In this document: positions 36,733 through 44,351 of the stretch, piece after piece
How the letters are laid out: each line of letters starts with the position of its first letter
How positions within the stretch are numbered: the stretch's first letter is position 1
Source: Klebsiella phage Sugarland
Direction: 5' to 3' (one strand)
DNA: 64,000 bases
Sequence record: NC_042093.1
Position numbers and translations under genes: made by a program
Notes under the pieces: model-generated
What the model was told of the DNA's origin: nothing
Seen by the model: the letters and a program-made list of their open reading frames with translations, nothing else
Databases searched by the model: none

Positions 36733-36810
36733 GGTGGTCAATAGGGGGCCCGAACCCACTGGTAATGGAATCAAAGGGCGTTATGTTAACCGTTGCACTA
36801 CTCTTAAAAA
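36733..36810 (-). pseudogene. tRNA remnant (3' end CTATTGACCACCA identical to tRNA-Met 37306..37382; 5' part unrelated)
   Basis: part of a 130-bp segmental duplication. Confidence 0.4.
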
Positions 36811-36815
36811 TGCCA

Positions 36816-37052
36816 TTAACTAGGTGCTATTTCTATCGGCTGAGATACATTAGGCTGTTCTAATGTATCTGGTGCTGATACAGAGAAAAGAGCCTGTAAT
36901 GCTGCAATATCGCGCTCGTAGGTATCAATACGAGTAGTAAGAGTATCTACCATTTGTTTATGGTGGGCTAAGTTATTTTGAGACTCATCTCGAAGAGCCT
37001 GAAGTTCTACAAGACGTGTTAACATAATTTCACTAAGTAAAGCATTACTCAT
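36816..37052 (-). CDS. coiled-coil hypothetical protein
   Basis: 78 aa. Confidence 0.4.
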   Translation of the reverse strand: MSNALLSEIMLTRLVELQALRDESQNNLAHHKQMVDTLTTRIDTYERDIAALQALFSVSAPDTLEQPNVSQPIEIAPS

Positions 37053-37226
37053 TTATTTCTCCTAAGTTTTCGGGTTCTTCTAAACGTTTGCCTTCATGAT
37101 CTACTCGAATAACTCCGCATCCTTCGCAAATCACAACTGCACCATAACCTTCTTTGACTTCGGCTTCTATAATCAAACCAGAAAGATCACCAGTATCTCT
37201 GCTTTAACCGAAGTCTCACTGTAAAT

Positions 37227-37302
37227 TGGTACTTGCTGCTGGTTTCGAACCAGCTACCCTCGCCGTGTAAAGACGATGCTCTCCCGATTGAGCTAAGCAA
37301 GT
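37227..37302 (-). tRNA. tRNA-Val (anticodon TAC)
   Basis: acceptor ACTTGCT/AGCAAGT, D-arm GCTC-AATCGGGA-GAGC, T-loop GGTTCGAAACC. Confidence 0.7.
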
Positions 37303-37305
37303 ATT

Positions 37306-37382
37306 TGGTGGTCAATAGTGGACTCGAACCACTGTAGTCTCACGTATGAAGCGAGTGCATAAACCATCTCTGCCAACTGACC
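37306..37382 (-). tRNA. tRNA-Met (anticodon CAT)
   Basis: acceptor GGTCAGT/ATTGACC, T-loop GGTTCGAGTCC, loop TTCATAC. Confidence 0.6.
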
Positions 37383-37539
37383 CAAAGAATTTGCCTCAAG
37401 AATCTTACGCTACTATTCTTCTCCTACCTATACCTGTTTTGCCCACAAAGTAAATTTGTCTAGGCCTAACAGGTAAGTACTATACTACGTACCATCGCTG
37501 GAGGATATTCCGATGAAATATCCTATAGGGGGCAAAAAT

Positions 37540-37615
37540 TGGTACTCCGAACTGGACTCGAACCAGTGTTTGGCGATTATCGGTCGCCTGTTCTAACCAA
37601 CTGAACTATCAGAGC
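37540..37615 (-). tRNA. tRNA-Ile (anticodon GAT)
   Basis: D-arm GTTC-AGTTGGTTA-GAAC, stem GGCGA/TCGCC, T-loop GGTTCGAGTCC. Confidence 0.6.
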
Positions 37616-37616
37616 A

Positions 37617-37775
37617 TTATTGTTCTTGCTGACGGACGCAGATTTCCTCGTCCGGGTGTATTTGAGCTATTCTAGCATCGTCCTCAGCTTCCTTGTACGT
37701 GTCATGAAAAGCCGGTGCCCAAAATACGATCTCTTTTGTGTGGGTATTAATTAGCATACCTTGATAGCGAATCAT
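37617..37775 (-). CDS. small hypothetical protein (52 aa)
   Basis: start moved to MIRYQG with SD GAGGT; avoids 71-nt overlap. Confidence 0.35.
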   Translation of the reverse strand: MIRYQGMLINTHTKEIVFWAPAFHDTYKEAEDDARIAQIHPDEEICVRQQEQ

Positions 37776-37782
37776 GATTACC

Positions 37783-37977
37783 TCAACGTTTACCGTTTCG
37801 TGGTGCTCCTGGACGTCTAGCAGCCTCTGCCATTCGTTTCTTGATTTTAGCAATGTTCTCTGGTGTTTGTTCTGACTTGCGTAAGCCTGTCACGTTACAC
37901 CAGTTATCGCCATCCCAGGAAGTAATTAGCATTACTCCAGTACCCAGTACTCGTTCTGTAAAAGAGATTTTCATCAT
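37783..37977 (-). CDS. small hypothetical protein
   Basis: 64 aa. Confidence 0.35.
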   Translation of the reverse strand: MMKISFTERVLGTGVMLITSWDGDNWCNVTGLRKSEQTPENIAKIKKRMAEAARRPGAPRNGKR

Positions 37978-37990
37978 CTTCTCCTAGAAT

Positions 37991-38067
37991 TGGATGCTCC
38001 GGCAAGATTCGAACTTGCGATCTCCAGCTTATGAGACTGGCGAGGACGGCCTCTCCTCTACGGTGCA
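37991..38067 (-). tRNA. tRNA with CAT anticodon (Met, fMet or Ile2)
   Basis: T-arm GCAAG-TTCGAAT-CTTGC, loop CTCATAA, CCA. Confidence 0.55.
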
Positions 38068-38069
38068 AT

Positions 38070-38144
38070 TGGCAGGGGCAACAAGAATCGAACTTGTGAC
38101 CTAAGGCTTCAGAGACCTCCGCTCTACCTACTGAGCTATACCCC
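38070..38144 (-). tRNA. tRNA-Gln (anticodon CTG)
   Basis: D-arm GCTC-AGTAGGTA-GAGC, T-loop AGTTCGATTCT, loop CTCTGAA. Confidence 0.5.
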
Positions 38145-38274
38145 AATTATGCGCACTCTGCTGAGTACAACGTTGTGTCTAGGGCCAGAACATAAATGCT
38201 TGCATTTATGGGAGGCGGCTAGAAGAGGGATGTGACCCAGAGGGCTAACCTCGTCACTCTCAGCAGAGATTTTA

Positions 38275-38349
38275 TGGTACACCATCGAGGAATCGAACCT
38301 CAACCATAGAGTTCGTAGCTCTATATTCTATCCATTAAACTAATGGTGC
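38275..38349 (-). tRNA. tRNA-Arg (anticodon ACG)
   Basis: acceptor GCACCAT/ATGGTGT, stem TAGAG/CTCTA, loop CTACGAA. Confidence 0.65.
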
Positions 38350-38356
38350 AGTAACC

Positions 38357-38433
38357 TGGAGGGATATCTTGGACTCGAACCAAGATAGACTCGATCCACA
38401 ATCGAGGTCATTATCCAGTTATGATAATATCCC
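38357..38433 (-). tRNA. tRNA-His (anticodon GTG)
   Basis: acceptor GGGATAT/ATATCCC, stem CTCGA/TCGAG, loop TTGTGGA. Confidence 0.65.
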
Positions 38434-38590
38434 AAATTTGAGTACCATCGAGGGCTGATCAGACCTCCACAAATAGTATGTACATCGCACACACTATCCG
38501 GTTAGACCGCGTATTGGTACGTTGCACTTCGTGCAGCATATAACTCCAACAGGCGACTCATCGAACGATGATACTCAAATTTGGTGGCCC
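38431..38590. repeat. 160-bp element bounded by 20-bp inverted repeats CAAATTTGAGTACCATCGA / TCGAACGATGATACTCAAATTTG
   Basis: read directly; no ORF and no tRNA fold. Confidence 0.45.
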
Positions 38591-38815
38591 TAAGAAACTC
38601 TTCCCACTAACAACTAGTTGATTACTTCTGGATTTTCGCCCAGAAAATTCTCTAGAAAGGGGCAACCGTTACTCGTCGGGCCATTGTGAATGGGCTGGTC
38701 TCTCAGCCCCGGTTACTACTTGATCCTTACGATCTGACGGCAACCACGTGCAGCGACCCTTCATATATTGTATAGTGCTCAGAAGGTCATTAGAAGCACT
38801 ACAACTTTCGTTGTT

Positions 38816-38902
38816 TGGCGGAAAGCGAAGGACTTGAACCTTCATGCCCTTTCGGACTCATCATTAGCAGTGATGCGTGGCTACCAGTTTCACCAGCTTT
38901 CC
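38816..38902 (-). tRNA. tRNA-Ser (anticodon GCT), type II
   Basis: acceptor GGAAAGC/GCTTTCC, stem CATCA/TGATG, loop CTGCTAA, long variable arm. Confidence 0.65.
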
Positions 38903-38909
38903 AGTTGTT

Positions 38910-38994
38910 TGGCGGAGAATAAAGGAATCGAACCCTCACCGTTTCCGATGGCGACTGATTTCAAGTCAGCTTGCTCCCATGAGCACTACTCTCC
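38910..38994 (-). tRNA. tRNA-Ser (anticodon TGA), type II
   Basis: acceptor GGAGAGT/ATTCTCC, loop CTTGAAA, long variable arm. Confidence 0.6.
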
Positions 38995-39225
38995 AGTTAA
39001 TATTTGCTCTACTTCTTTACGGAGTTCATCAGGATCGGCATGATACGTGATTTCCCAGACGTACAGAACTCCGTTAGCACAAGCTAAGTCGAAGATCTCG
39101 CTTTCCGGTAGCACCAGCCCCATACACTTAATATGAAACTCTAGGGCTTCCTTACTCGGAAAGGTATGGACTTTACGGAACTCATTTTTCTTACGATCCA
39201 ACTGCATAATTTCTATGTTCATCAC
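38986..39225 (-). CDS. hypothetical protein; 3' end overlaps tRNA-Ser 5' end by 9 nt
   Basis: 79 aa. Confidence 0.4.
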   Translation of the reverse strand: MMNIEIMQLDRKKNEFRKVHTFPSKEALEFHIKCMGLVLPESEIFDLACANGVLYVWEITYHADPDELRKEVEQILTGE

Positions 39226-39239
39226 GAACTCCTGTTATT

Positions 39240-39326
39240 TGGTAGGGATGGAGGGGGTCGAACCCACACGGATATTTCACCACTAGAACCTAAATCTAGC
39301 GCGGCTGCCAATTTCGCCACATCCCC
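39240..39326 (-). tRNA. tRNA-Leu (anticodon TAG), type II
   Basis: acceptor GGGGATG/CATCCCT, stem CTAGA/TCTAG, loop TTTAGGT. Confidence 0.55.
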
Positions 39327-39333
39327 ATTTGTT

Positions 39334-39412
39334 TGGTGGAGGATAACGGATTTGAACCGTTCTGATTCCCGCATTGCAAGTGCGGTGTCCACTCCCAGCA
39401 GACCCATCCCCC
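39334..39412 (-). tRNA. tRNA-Ala (anticodon TGC)
   Basis: acceptor GGGGGAT/ATCCTCC (G-U), stem CCGCA/TGCGG, T-loop GGTTCAAATCC. Confidence 0.55.
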
Positions 39413-39637
39413 AATAATTTGTTAAGGCAATTAATCCGGTGCGCGTAATACCCTGAGCAATTAGCCATGCGAGGATATCCGCTCTTCACAAATACAATAC
39501 ACTCTACGCTTACCAGGCGTTTCGGAGAGCCACTCCGCTATTCTTGCAAACCCTCAGTTCAATTACCGAGCAAGCTGCAAGCGTGTTTTTTGGTTCCGGC
39601 TCTGTATCAGATTAATTCCTTAACAAACTATATAAAT

Positions 39638-39666
39638 ATTATATCAATTTGTTAAGCATTTAGCAA
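39638..39666 (-). promoter_or_regulatory. early promoter TTGCTA-17-TATAAT driving a 180-nt leader then the tRNA-Ala/Leu/Ser operon
   Basis: minus strand. Confidence 0.55.
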
Positions 39667-39685
39667 CTGAATTTTTCGGTAAATT

Positions 39686-39762
39686 TGGTACTCCCGACGG
39701 GGTTCGAACCCGTGTTCCCACTGTGAAAGAGTGGTGTCCTAACCAGCTTAGACGACAGGAGC
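39686..39762 (-). tRNA. tRNA-Glu (anticodon TTC)
   Basis: stem CCACT/AGTGG, loop CTTTCAC, T-arm ACGGG-TTCGAAC-CCCGT. Confidence 0.6.
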
Positions 39763-39772
39763 ATTTTAAATT

Positions 39773-39848
39773 TGGCAAGGGAAGGAGGAGTTGAACCTAC
39801 CGATCTCGGAGTCAAAGGCCGATGCCGTAACCACTTGGCTATTCCCTT
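39773..39848 (-). tRNA. tRNA-Gln (anticodon TTG)
   Basis: acceptor AAGGGAA/TTCCCTT, loop CTTTGAC, T-loop GGTTCAACTCC. Confidence 0.5.
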
Positions 39849-39859
39849 TCAATACAAAT

Positions 39860-39888
39860 ATTATCTCAAATTCTAGAGCATTTAGCAA
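39860..39888 (-). promoter_or_regulatory. early promoter TTGCTA-17-GATAAT
   Basis: minus strand. Confidence 0.45.
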
Positions 39889-39942
39889 TTGAATTTTTCA
39901 AGTATTTTGGTAGTGACCCGGCAACGCAGGTCACTATGCAAA

Positions 39943-40437
39943 CTACTCGCCGTGGTCTACACGAATGAGCGGACAAAGTTTGTCCTTCTTGTAGATTCGC
40001 ATCTTTTGGTAGATGTTACCGAAGCGAAGCTCTTCATCGCGAGCATTATACTCTTTCTGTGCTCTTTCAAAGGATTTACTCGCGTTCCATTCCTGGATCC
40101 GATCCCCTATCTTAGCGCAGGCCCAGCCGATCCCAGCTATCGCCAGCAGAATCGCTACTATCGTAGATAGTCCTGCTAGACTTAACCCTACAAGCATGTA
40201 CCAGGGAGTAATTCCCAGCTCAAAGGTGAGGCCCAAGAACGTAGATAAGATACTTCCCATCCCCAAGGAGAAGAGTACAGCAATAGCAGTTACGCCAATC
40301 TGTAGCAGGAAATACCACACTGAGTGCCAAAATAGGCTACACAAGGTGACTCTGTTGTCGTTCAGCCGATAGGTGAAAGACGCGGAAGAGAAATTAAGCC
40401 ACTTGTAGAAAAAACCTTTACGTTTAATATTCAGCAT
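39943..40437 (-). CDS. polytopic membrane protein
   Basis: 164 aa, 3-4 TM helices. Confidence 0.55.
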   Translation of the reverse strand: MLNIKRKGFFYKWLNFSSASFTYRLNDNRVTLCSLFWHSVWYFLLQIGVTAIAVLFSLGMGSILSTFLGLTFELGITPWYMLVGLSLAGLSTIVAILLAIAGIGWACAKIGDRIQEWNASKSFERAQKEYNARDEELRFGNIYQKMRIYKKDKLCPLIRVDHGE

Positions 40438-40447
40438 ATTTAGCCTA

Positions 40448-40669
40448 TTACTTGAGTTGATTGATTAGGAAAACTTGTAGCGCGATAATGAATGCGGCAT
40501 AGGAGTCAGAGCCTTTACCACCTTCGTTCTCATTAACTTCTTTTAGTAGGGCTTCAAAAGCTGCTTTGTGACGCTCATAGTGCCCTCTGACTGTCGGGCC
40601 AGCATCCTCTAACATGCCTAAAAGCATATAGTACTGGGTTTGTAATTGGGCGTCCATTAGTCCTCCCAC
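40448..40669 (-). CDS. small hypothetical protein
   Basis: 73 aa. Confidence 0.45.
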   Translation of the reverse strand: MGGLMDAQLQTQYYMLLGMLEDAGPTVRGHYERHKAAFEALLKEVNENEGGKGSDSYAAFIIALQVFLINQLK

Positions 40670-40854
40670 ACGATTTTAATCGAGAGAAGACGATTTACAG
40701 GAATGACCAGCATAGTCTCAGACCGTTTATTAAGAATTTCCAGGATATCCCCATCACGATGGAGCAGACGTTTAGGACTGATATCTGTTACTGTGGACTC
40801 TAGGACGATACCACTGTCATCCACGAAGGATACGATTGCGTTTTTAGTAGACAT
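40657..40854 (-). CDS. small hypothetical protein
   Basis: 65 aa; SD AACAGGAGACTAAA. Confidence 0.45.
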   Translation of the reverse strand: MSTKNAIVSFVDDSGIVLESTVTDISPKRLLHRDGDILEILNKRSETMLVIPVNRLLSIKIVWED

Positions 40855-40875
40855 TTTAGTCTCCTGTTATGAAAT

Positions 40876-40950
40876 TGGTGGGCCAGGGGAGACTCTAACT
40901 CCCACTCGTTGGCTTATGAGGCCACTGCTTTAACTTTAAGCTACCGGCCC
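40876..40950 (-). tRNA. tRNA with CAT anticodon (third CAT tRNA)
   Basis: acceptor GGGCCGG/CTGGCCC, loop CTCATAA, T-loop TTAGAGT, CCA. Confidence 0.5.
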
Positions 40951-40976
40951 AGAGAAAGGCTATTTCTAACCCTTAT

Positions 40977-41250
40977 TTAGTTATACTGCTGCTTCGTCTT
41001 TCGGAGTACCTTCAACTGGGGTTCCTCAGTTGGAGTATCTTCAACCGGCTCAGGATCTTTCACGAAGGCTGCTTCTTCATCGGAGATCGGAGATCACATA
41101 CAGATCCTGAATATCCTCTGTATTGATCATACGAGCTACGCTACCATCTTTATAGAAGATGGATTTAGTGCCCTCGTTGCGAGCCATGTTCGCATCGATA
41201 ACCAGCTCAGTAAGAACCCCTTTCTTTAAATATTCAATTTTGTAAGCCAT
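40977..41250 (-). pseudogene. small acidic protein gene disrupted by a 7-bp tandem duplication (GATCTCC x2)
   Basis: frame 0 gives 57 aa ending DLR*; deleting one GATCTCC copy restores a continuous ORF to TAA at 40977. Confidence 0.45.
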
Positions 41251-41284
41251 TTTATCCTCTACTTTCTCTTTGATTTAAAGAACT

Positions 41285-41313
41285 ATTATACAAAATTTCT
41301 GACAGAATTGCAA
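41285..41313 (-). promoter_or_regulatory. early promoter TTGCAA-17-TATAAT
   Basis: minus strand. Confidence 0.5.
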
Positions 41314-41378
41314 GAAAAATTTTGTAGAATCAATCTCAGTCTGCGCTCTGCGGGCTTTTTAGCGATGGCCACAACAAA

Positions 41379-41888
41379 TTACGTGTGACCTTTCGCTGCT
41401 TGTGGAGGTAGGCCAGTTAGCTTAGTAAATCGCTTTCTAAGCCCATTATCCGATAACCCTAGCTCTTTAGCTGCCCTTGTCCATGAGTAGTTAGATACCC
41501 AATATCTAATGTCCTCCTCTGTTATTTCAGGGAATGATAGGGGTTTGCGGGTTTTGGGTATTACTCTAGTCCTGCCCAAATCTTCTAGGGTTTTATCTAT
41601 GTGGGCTTCTTGCGATAGAACCTGGAGATTACTTAGTGCAAAGTCTGTTCTTACCCTATTAATGTGATCCACTTCTAGTGGTGAATCTAATGTAGGTAAA
41701 TCTTTGAATATAAAGGCTAGTAATCGATGTACTAATAAATTTCTTTGCACACCTTTCTGCTGTAATTTGTAGCAGGGGTACCCTGCTGTATTTATAAAGT
41801 ACTTGAGGTACTTGTTAGACCTGCGAGAGAAGATACTCCCGTCTTCTCGAAGGAAGTATCCTGGGTACTGAGGTATTTCTATTAGCAT
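41379..41888 (-). CDS. HNH homing endonuclease
   Basis: EVDHINRVRTDFALSNLQVLSQEAH (HNH motif) and C-terminal HTH-like region. Confidence 0.7.
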   Translation of the reverse strand: MLIEIPQYPGYFLREDGSIFSRRSNKYLKYFINTAGYPCYKLQQKGVQRNLLVHRLLAFIFKDLPTLDSPLEVDHINRVRTDFALSNLQVLSQEAHIDKTLEDLGRTRVIPKTRKPLSFPEITEEDIRYWVSNYSWTRAAKELGLSDNGLRKRFTKLTGLPPQAAKGHT

Positions 41889-41897
41889 AGTTTATGT

Positions 41898-41980
41898 GGC
41901 CGAGGCGGCAGGATTCGAACCCGCATACTCCAATTACTCGATTAACGACGGGTTAGAAGCCCGTTGAGATACGCCCCGAA
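41898..41980 (-). ncRNA. aberrant tRNA-like element (Arg-like arm ACGGG-CTTCTAA-CCCGT; T-arm GCGGG-TTCGAAT-CCTGC; CCA) without canonical 5' acceptor/D-arm
   Basis: adjacent to the HNH gene. Confidence 0.3.
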
Positions 41981-41992
41981 TAATTCGTTTGG

Positions 41993-42169
41993 TTAATAAA
42001 GTTTAAGCGTTTTTACAACCAGATCGTGAACCTGTTCAGAATACCGGCCAACGCTCTTATGCAGCGACTCTTTAAACTCTAGAGTACGTCTAGCGATTAG
42101 CTGCTTCTGTTCAGGTGTCAGATTAGGTGCCGGACGCTCATACGGAGGAGTATGCACAGATGCCACCAT
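41993..42169 (-). CDS. small hypothetical protein (58 aa)
   Basis: TAATAATG coupling to upstream gene. Confidence 0.3.
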   Translation of the reverse strand: MVASVHTPPYERPAPNLTPEQKQLIARRTLEFKESLHKSVGRYSEQVHDLVVKTLKLY

Positions 42170-42171
42170 TA

Positions 42172-42498
42172 TTATACCTTGATAGAGTTTTTGAGACGAT
42201 CACATTCAGCGGCGAACTGTACGTTTAGGGTTTTGATTGCATCCGTACACTGATCTATTTGTTTGTCTAGAGCTTTGATAAGCCCTAGCTTCACCATATC
42301 GTAACAGGATTTCATTTCGAATGTGTAATCTCGGGTTAGCTCCCCACACAGATCAAATGTAAGATCTCCGGCGCGTAGTGTAAAGCGCTGTTGCGTACCG
42401 CCGCTGATGATTTGTTTAGCCTTAGTCAGCTCACTACGACGAGAGACCATAGACTGAATATCAGAGCGTATCTTAGTTAACATACTTAAATCGTTCAT
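42172..42498 (-). CDS. hypothetical protein
   Basis: 108 aa. Confidence 0.5.
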   Translation of the reverse strand: MNDLSMLTKIRSDIQSMVSRRSELTKAKQIISGGTQQRFTLRAGDLTFDLCGELTRDYTFEMKSCYDMVKLGLIKALDKQIDQCTDAIKTLNVQFAAECDRLKNSIKV

Positions 42499-42499
42499 A

Positions 42500-43800
42500 T
42501 AGACCTCGTCAATTAGTATCTTTAAGAACTCTCGTGAAAGCTCTTAAAGATACCGCCAGTAGCGAAGGACGAATCCCCTCATTAAGCGTCTCATTGGTAC
42601 GCACTACTGTCAGACGTATCTTCCAGTTATAGTCAAGGTGACTAATATACCTTGCCAGATCCCGGCCAACAGATATCCGTTGGCTAATGCGGTCTAGGCG
42701 AGGGCACACTCCAAACAGGGGCACTTCTAGCCTGTGTAAGGGTGCTATAAATAGTGGTTATGCTTTCGCTCGGGGTGACTCCGGTCATGACTCCATTGTC
42801 ACATGCTTACACAGGGTATACGAGCTTCCGCGGAGCTGTATACTCAACCGTGTCCCACTTAGGTCTCGGAGCGACCGCTTGTACGAACGGTTATCCGAAT
42901 ACTCTTTCCCACTTAGAGTCAGGCGAGATCCCACCTCGCCAAAGTTCATACGATCATCATGCCGTATTTAAGGACTAGTTTTGGCACTTCTGGAGAGCCA
43001 TCCTCCACGCGGTCTGTTAAAATCACACCTCCGAATTTTCGATGTGAAGTTTGGCTATCTCTAGCCTTCCAGCGTATGGTCGCTTCGCACCTGCCACTCT
43101 TACGTTCAAATCGGTTTAGGTGGTGGCAACCCTCCGAAGTTCCGAGTTTGGTTGAGGCCGTCAGGTTTCCTCGTGGTTTAGCTGTTTCGTTCCCGCGAGT
43201 CTCCCAAGTCTTTCCCTGGGAGGGGAGGAGGTACTCCAGCAGCGAGTGGTTCGACAATAGAACCATCAGTTATCTAGCTCTTTCCGACCGCAGGATTCGA
43301 ACCTGCACTTTCCGCATCTGGGGATAGCTCCCCGCGTGCAGAAGTCTACCAATTAACTTAGGACGGCAGTGTTGCTACATAAGTGATTTCGACACCCCAC
43401 TATGGTGGCAATAACCAGCACCAGACGCTATACACATGTCTCCAATTTGCAACCTAGGCAGGTCAGCGTGGGAGCTATACGAGTTTCTCAGGCTCAGCTC
43501 CCCACCTCTCCGGCAGGCCACGCACCATGCTTCATTCTGGTCGAACAAGTTAAAGTGAGATTCCACCATTTTTCTACAAATTAGAAGAAGAGTTTAGGAG
43601 AGTGGTTTCAGACGCCACATTTTACAAGAGATCTCTAACCTACGCCCGTCCAATACGCTCCCTGGCCGGTATCCGGACTGGATGCACGAACTTTGTCAGG
43701 TGATCACTCTTAACTCACCGATTCTATTCAACGAATCTTAATGATCGACGAGTCTTACATTAAAACAAGTTCAGCGTAATCGGCCCGCTGTTCTCTCTAA
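42500..43800 (-). ncRNA. 1.3-kb ORF-poor, GC-richer structured segment (candidate ncRNA or decayed tRNA genes)
   Basis: only short Ser/Arg/Pro-rich ORFs on both strands; strong hairpin GTATACGAGCT-tccgcgg-AGCTGTATAC at about 42817; T-arm motif GCAGGTTCGAATCCTGC at about 43285; promoter at 43812-43840 upstream. Confidence 0.3.
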
Positions 43801-43811
43801 TTTATGAAACT

Positions 43812-43840
43812 ATTATATCAACTTTTTAAGCATTAGGCAA
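43812..43840 (-). promoter_or_regulatory. early promoter TTGCCT-17-TATAAT
   Basis: minus strand. Confidence 0.45.
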
Positions 43841-44287
43841 CTGAGATTTTAATTTATAGAACACATGGTTGCCAATTTTACTTGTTCTTTTGAAGTCCTT
43901 GTCTTTTGTCCAGTAAGGTTTAGTATCTTTACTGTGAAAGTACAAAGCTCCCTTCGTCGGATCTACTGGAAGATCCATATAGTAAACTAGTCTAGCTATC
44001 TCTTTAGCCTGTTTCCACTCTTCGTCTTTACGATCGAGTTTCTGTTTCTTTTTACCAACCCAGCTAAATTGCCCTGGTTGATAGACTACTTTACAATATG
44101 TGGACGGGAATTTTCCATAGTTAACACGATTTTTCGTTACTTGTGCAACTGCGGTCATTCCTTTAACTCCTTCCCCTCTAGCTTCAAAGTACGCATTTTT
44201 AGCTATGCACTCTATCTCATGCGCATCAATCTTTGCCTGCGCATGGAAGCTGGTGAGGATGGAGATCATTAGAATGGCTGCTTTCAT
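43826..44287 (-). CDS. secreted cell-wall hydrolase (SleB-like)
   Basis: signal peptide MKAAILMISILTSFHAQA; motif AYFEARGEG...GMTAVAQVTKNR...VVYQPGQFSW. Confidence 0.65.
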   Translation of the reverse strand: MKAAILMISILTSFHAQAKIDAHEIECIAKNAYFEARGEGVKGMTAVAQVTKNRVNYGKFPSTYCKVVYQPGQFSWVGKKKQKLDRKDEEWKQAKEIARLVYYMDLPVDPTKGALYFHSKDTKPYWTKDKDFKRTSKIGNHVFYKLKSQLPNA

Positions 44288-44320
44288 TATTTCTCCTTTA
44301 CTCTTTGATTCAAGAATAAT

Positions 44321-44350
44321 AGTATATCAAGAAATCAGCCATTTAGTCAA
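44321..44350 (-). promoter_or_regulatory. early promoter TTGACT-18-TATACT
   Basis: minus strand. Confidence 0.4.
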
Positions 44351-44351
44351 A

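Noticed and set aside
40013-40372. 119-aa plus-strand ORF
   Set aside because: Antisense to a convincing membrane-protein gene (39943..40437) that has clear TM helices.
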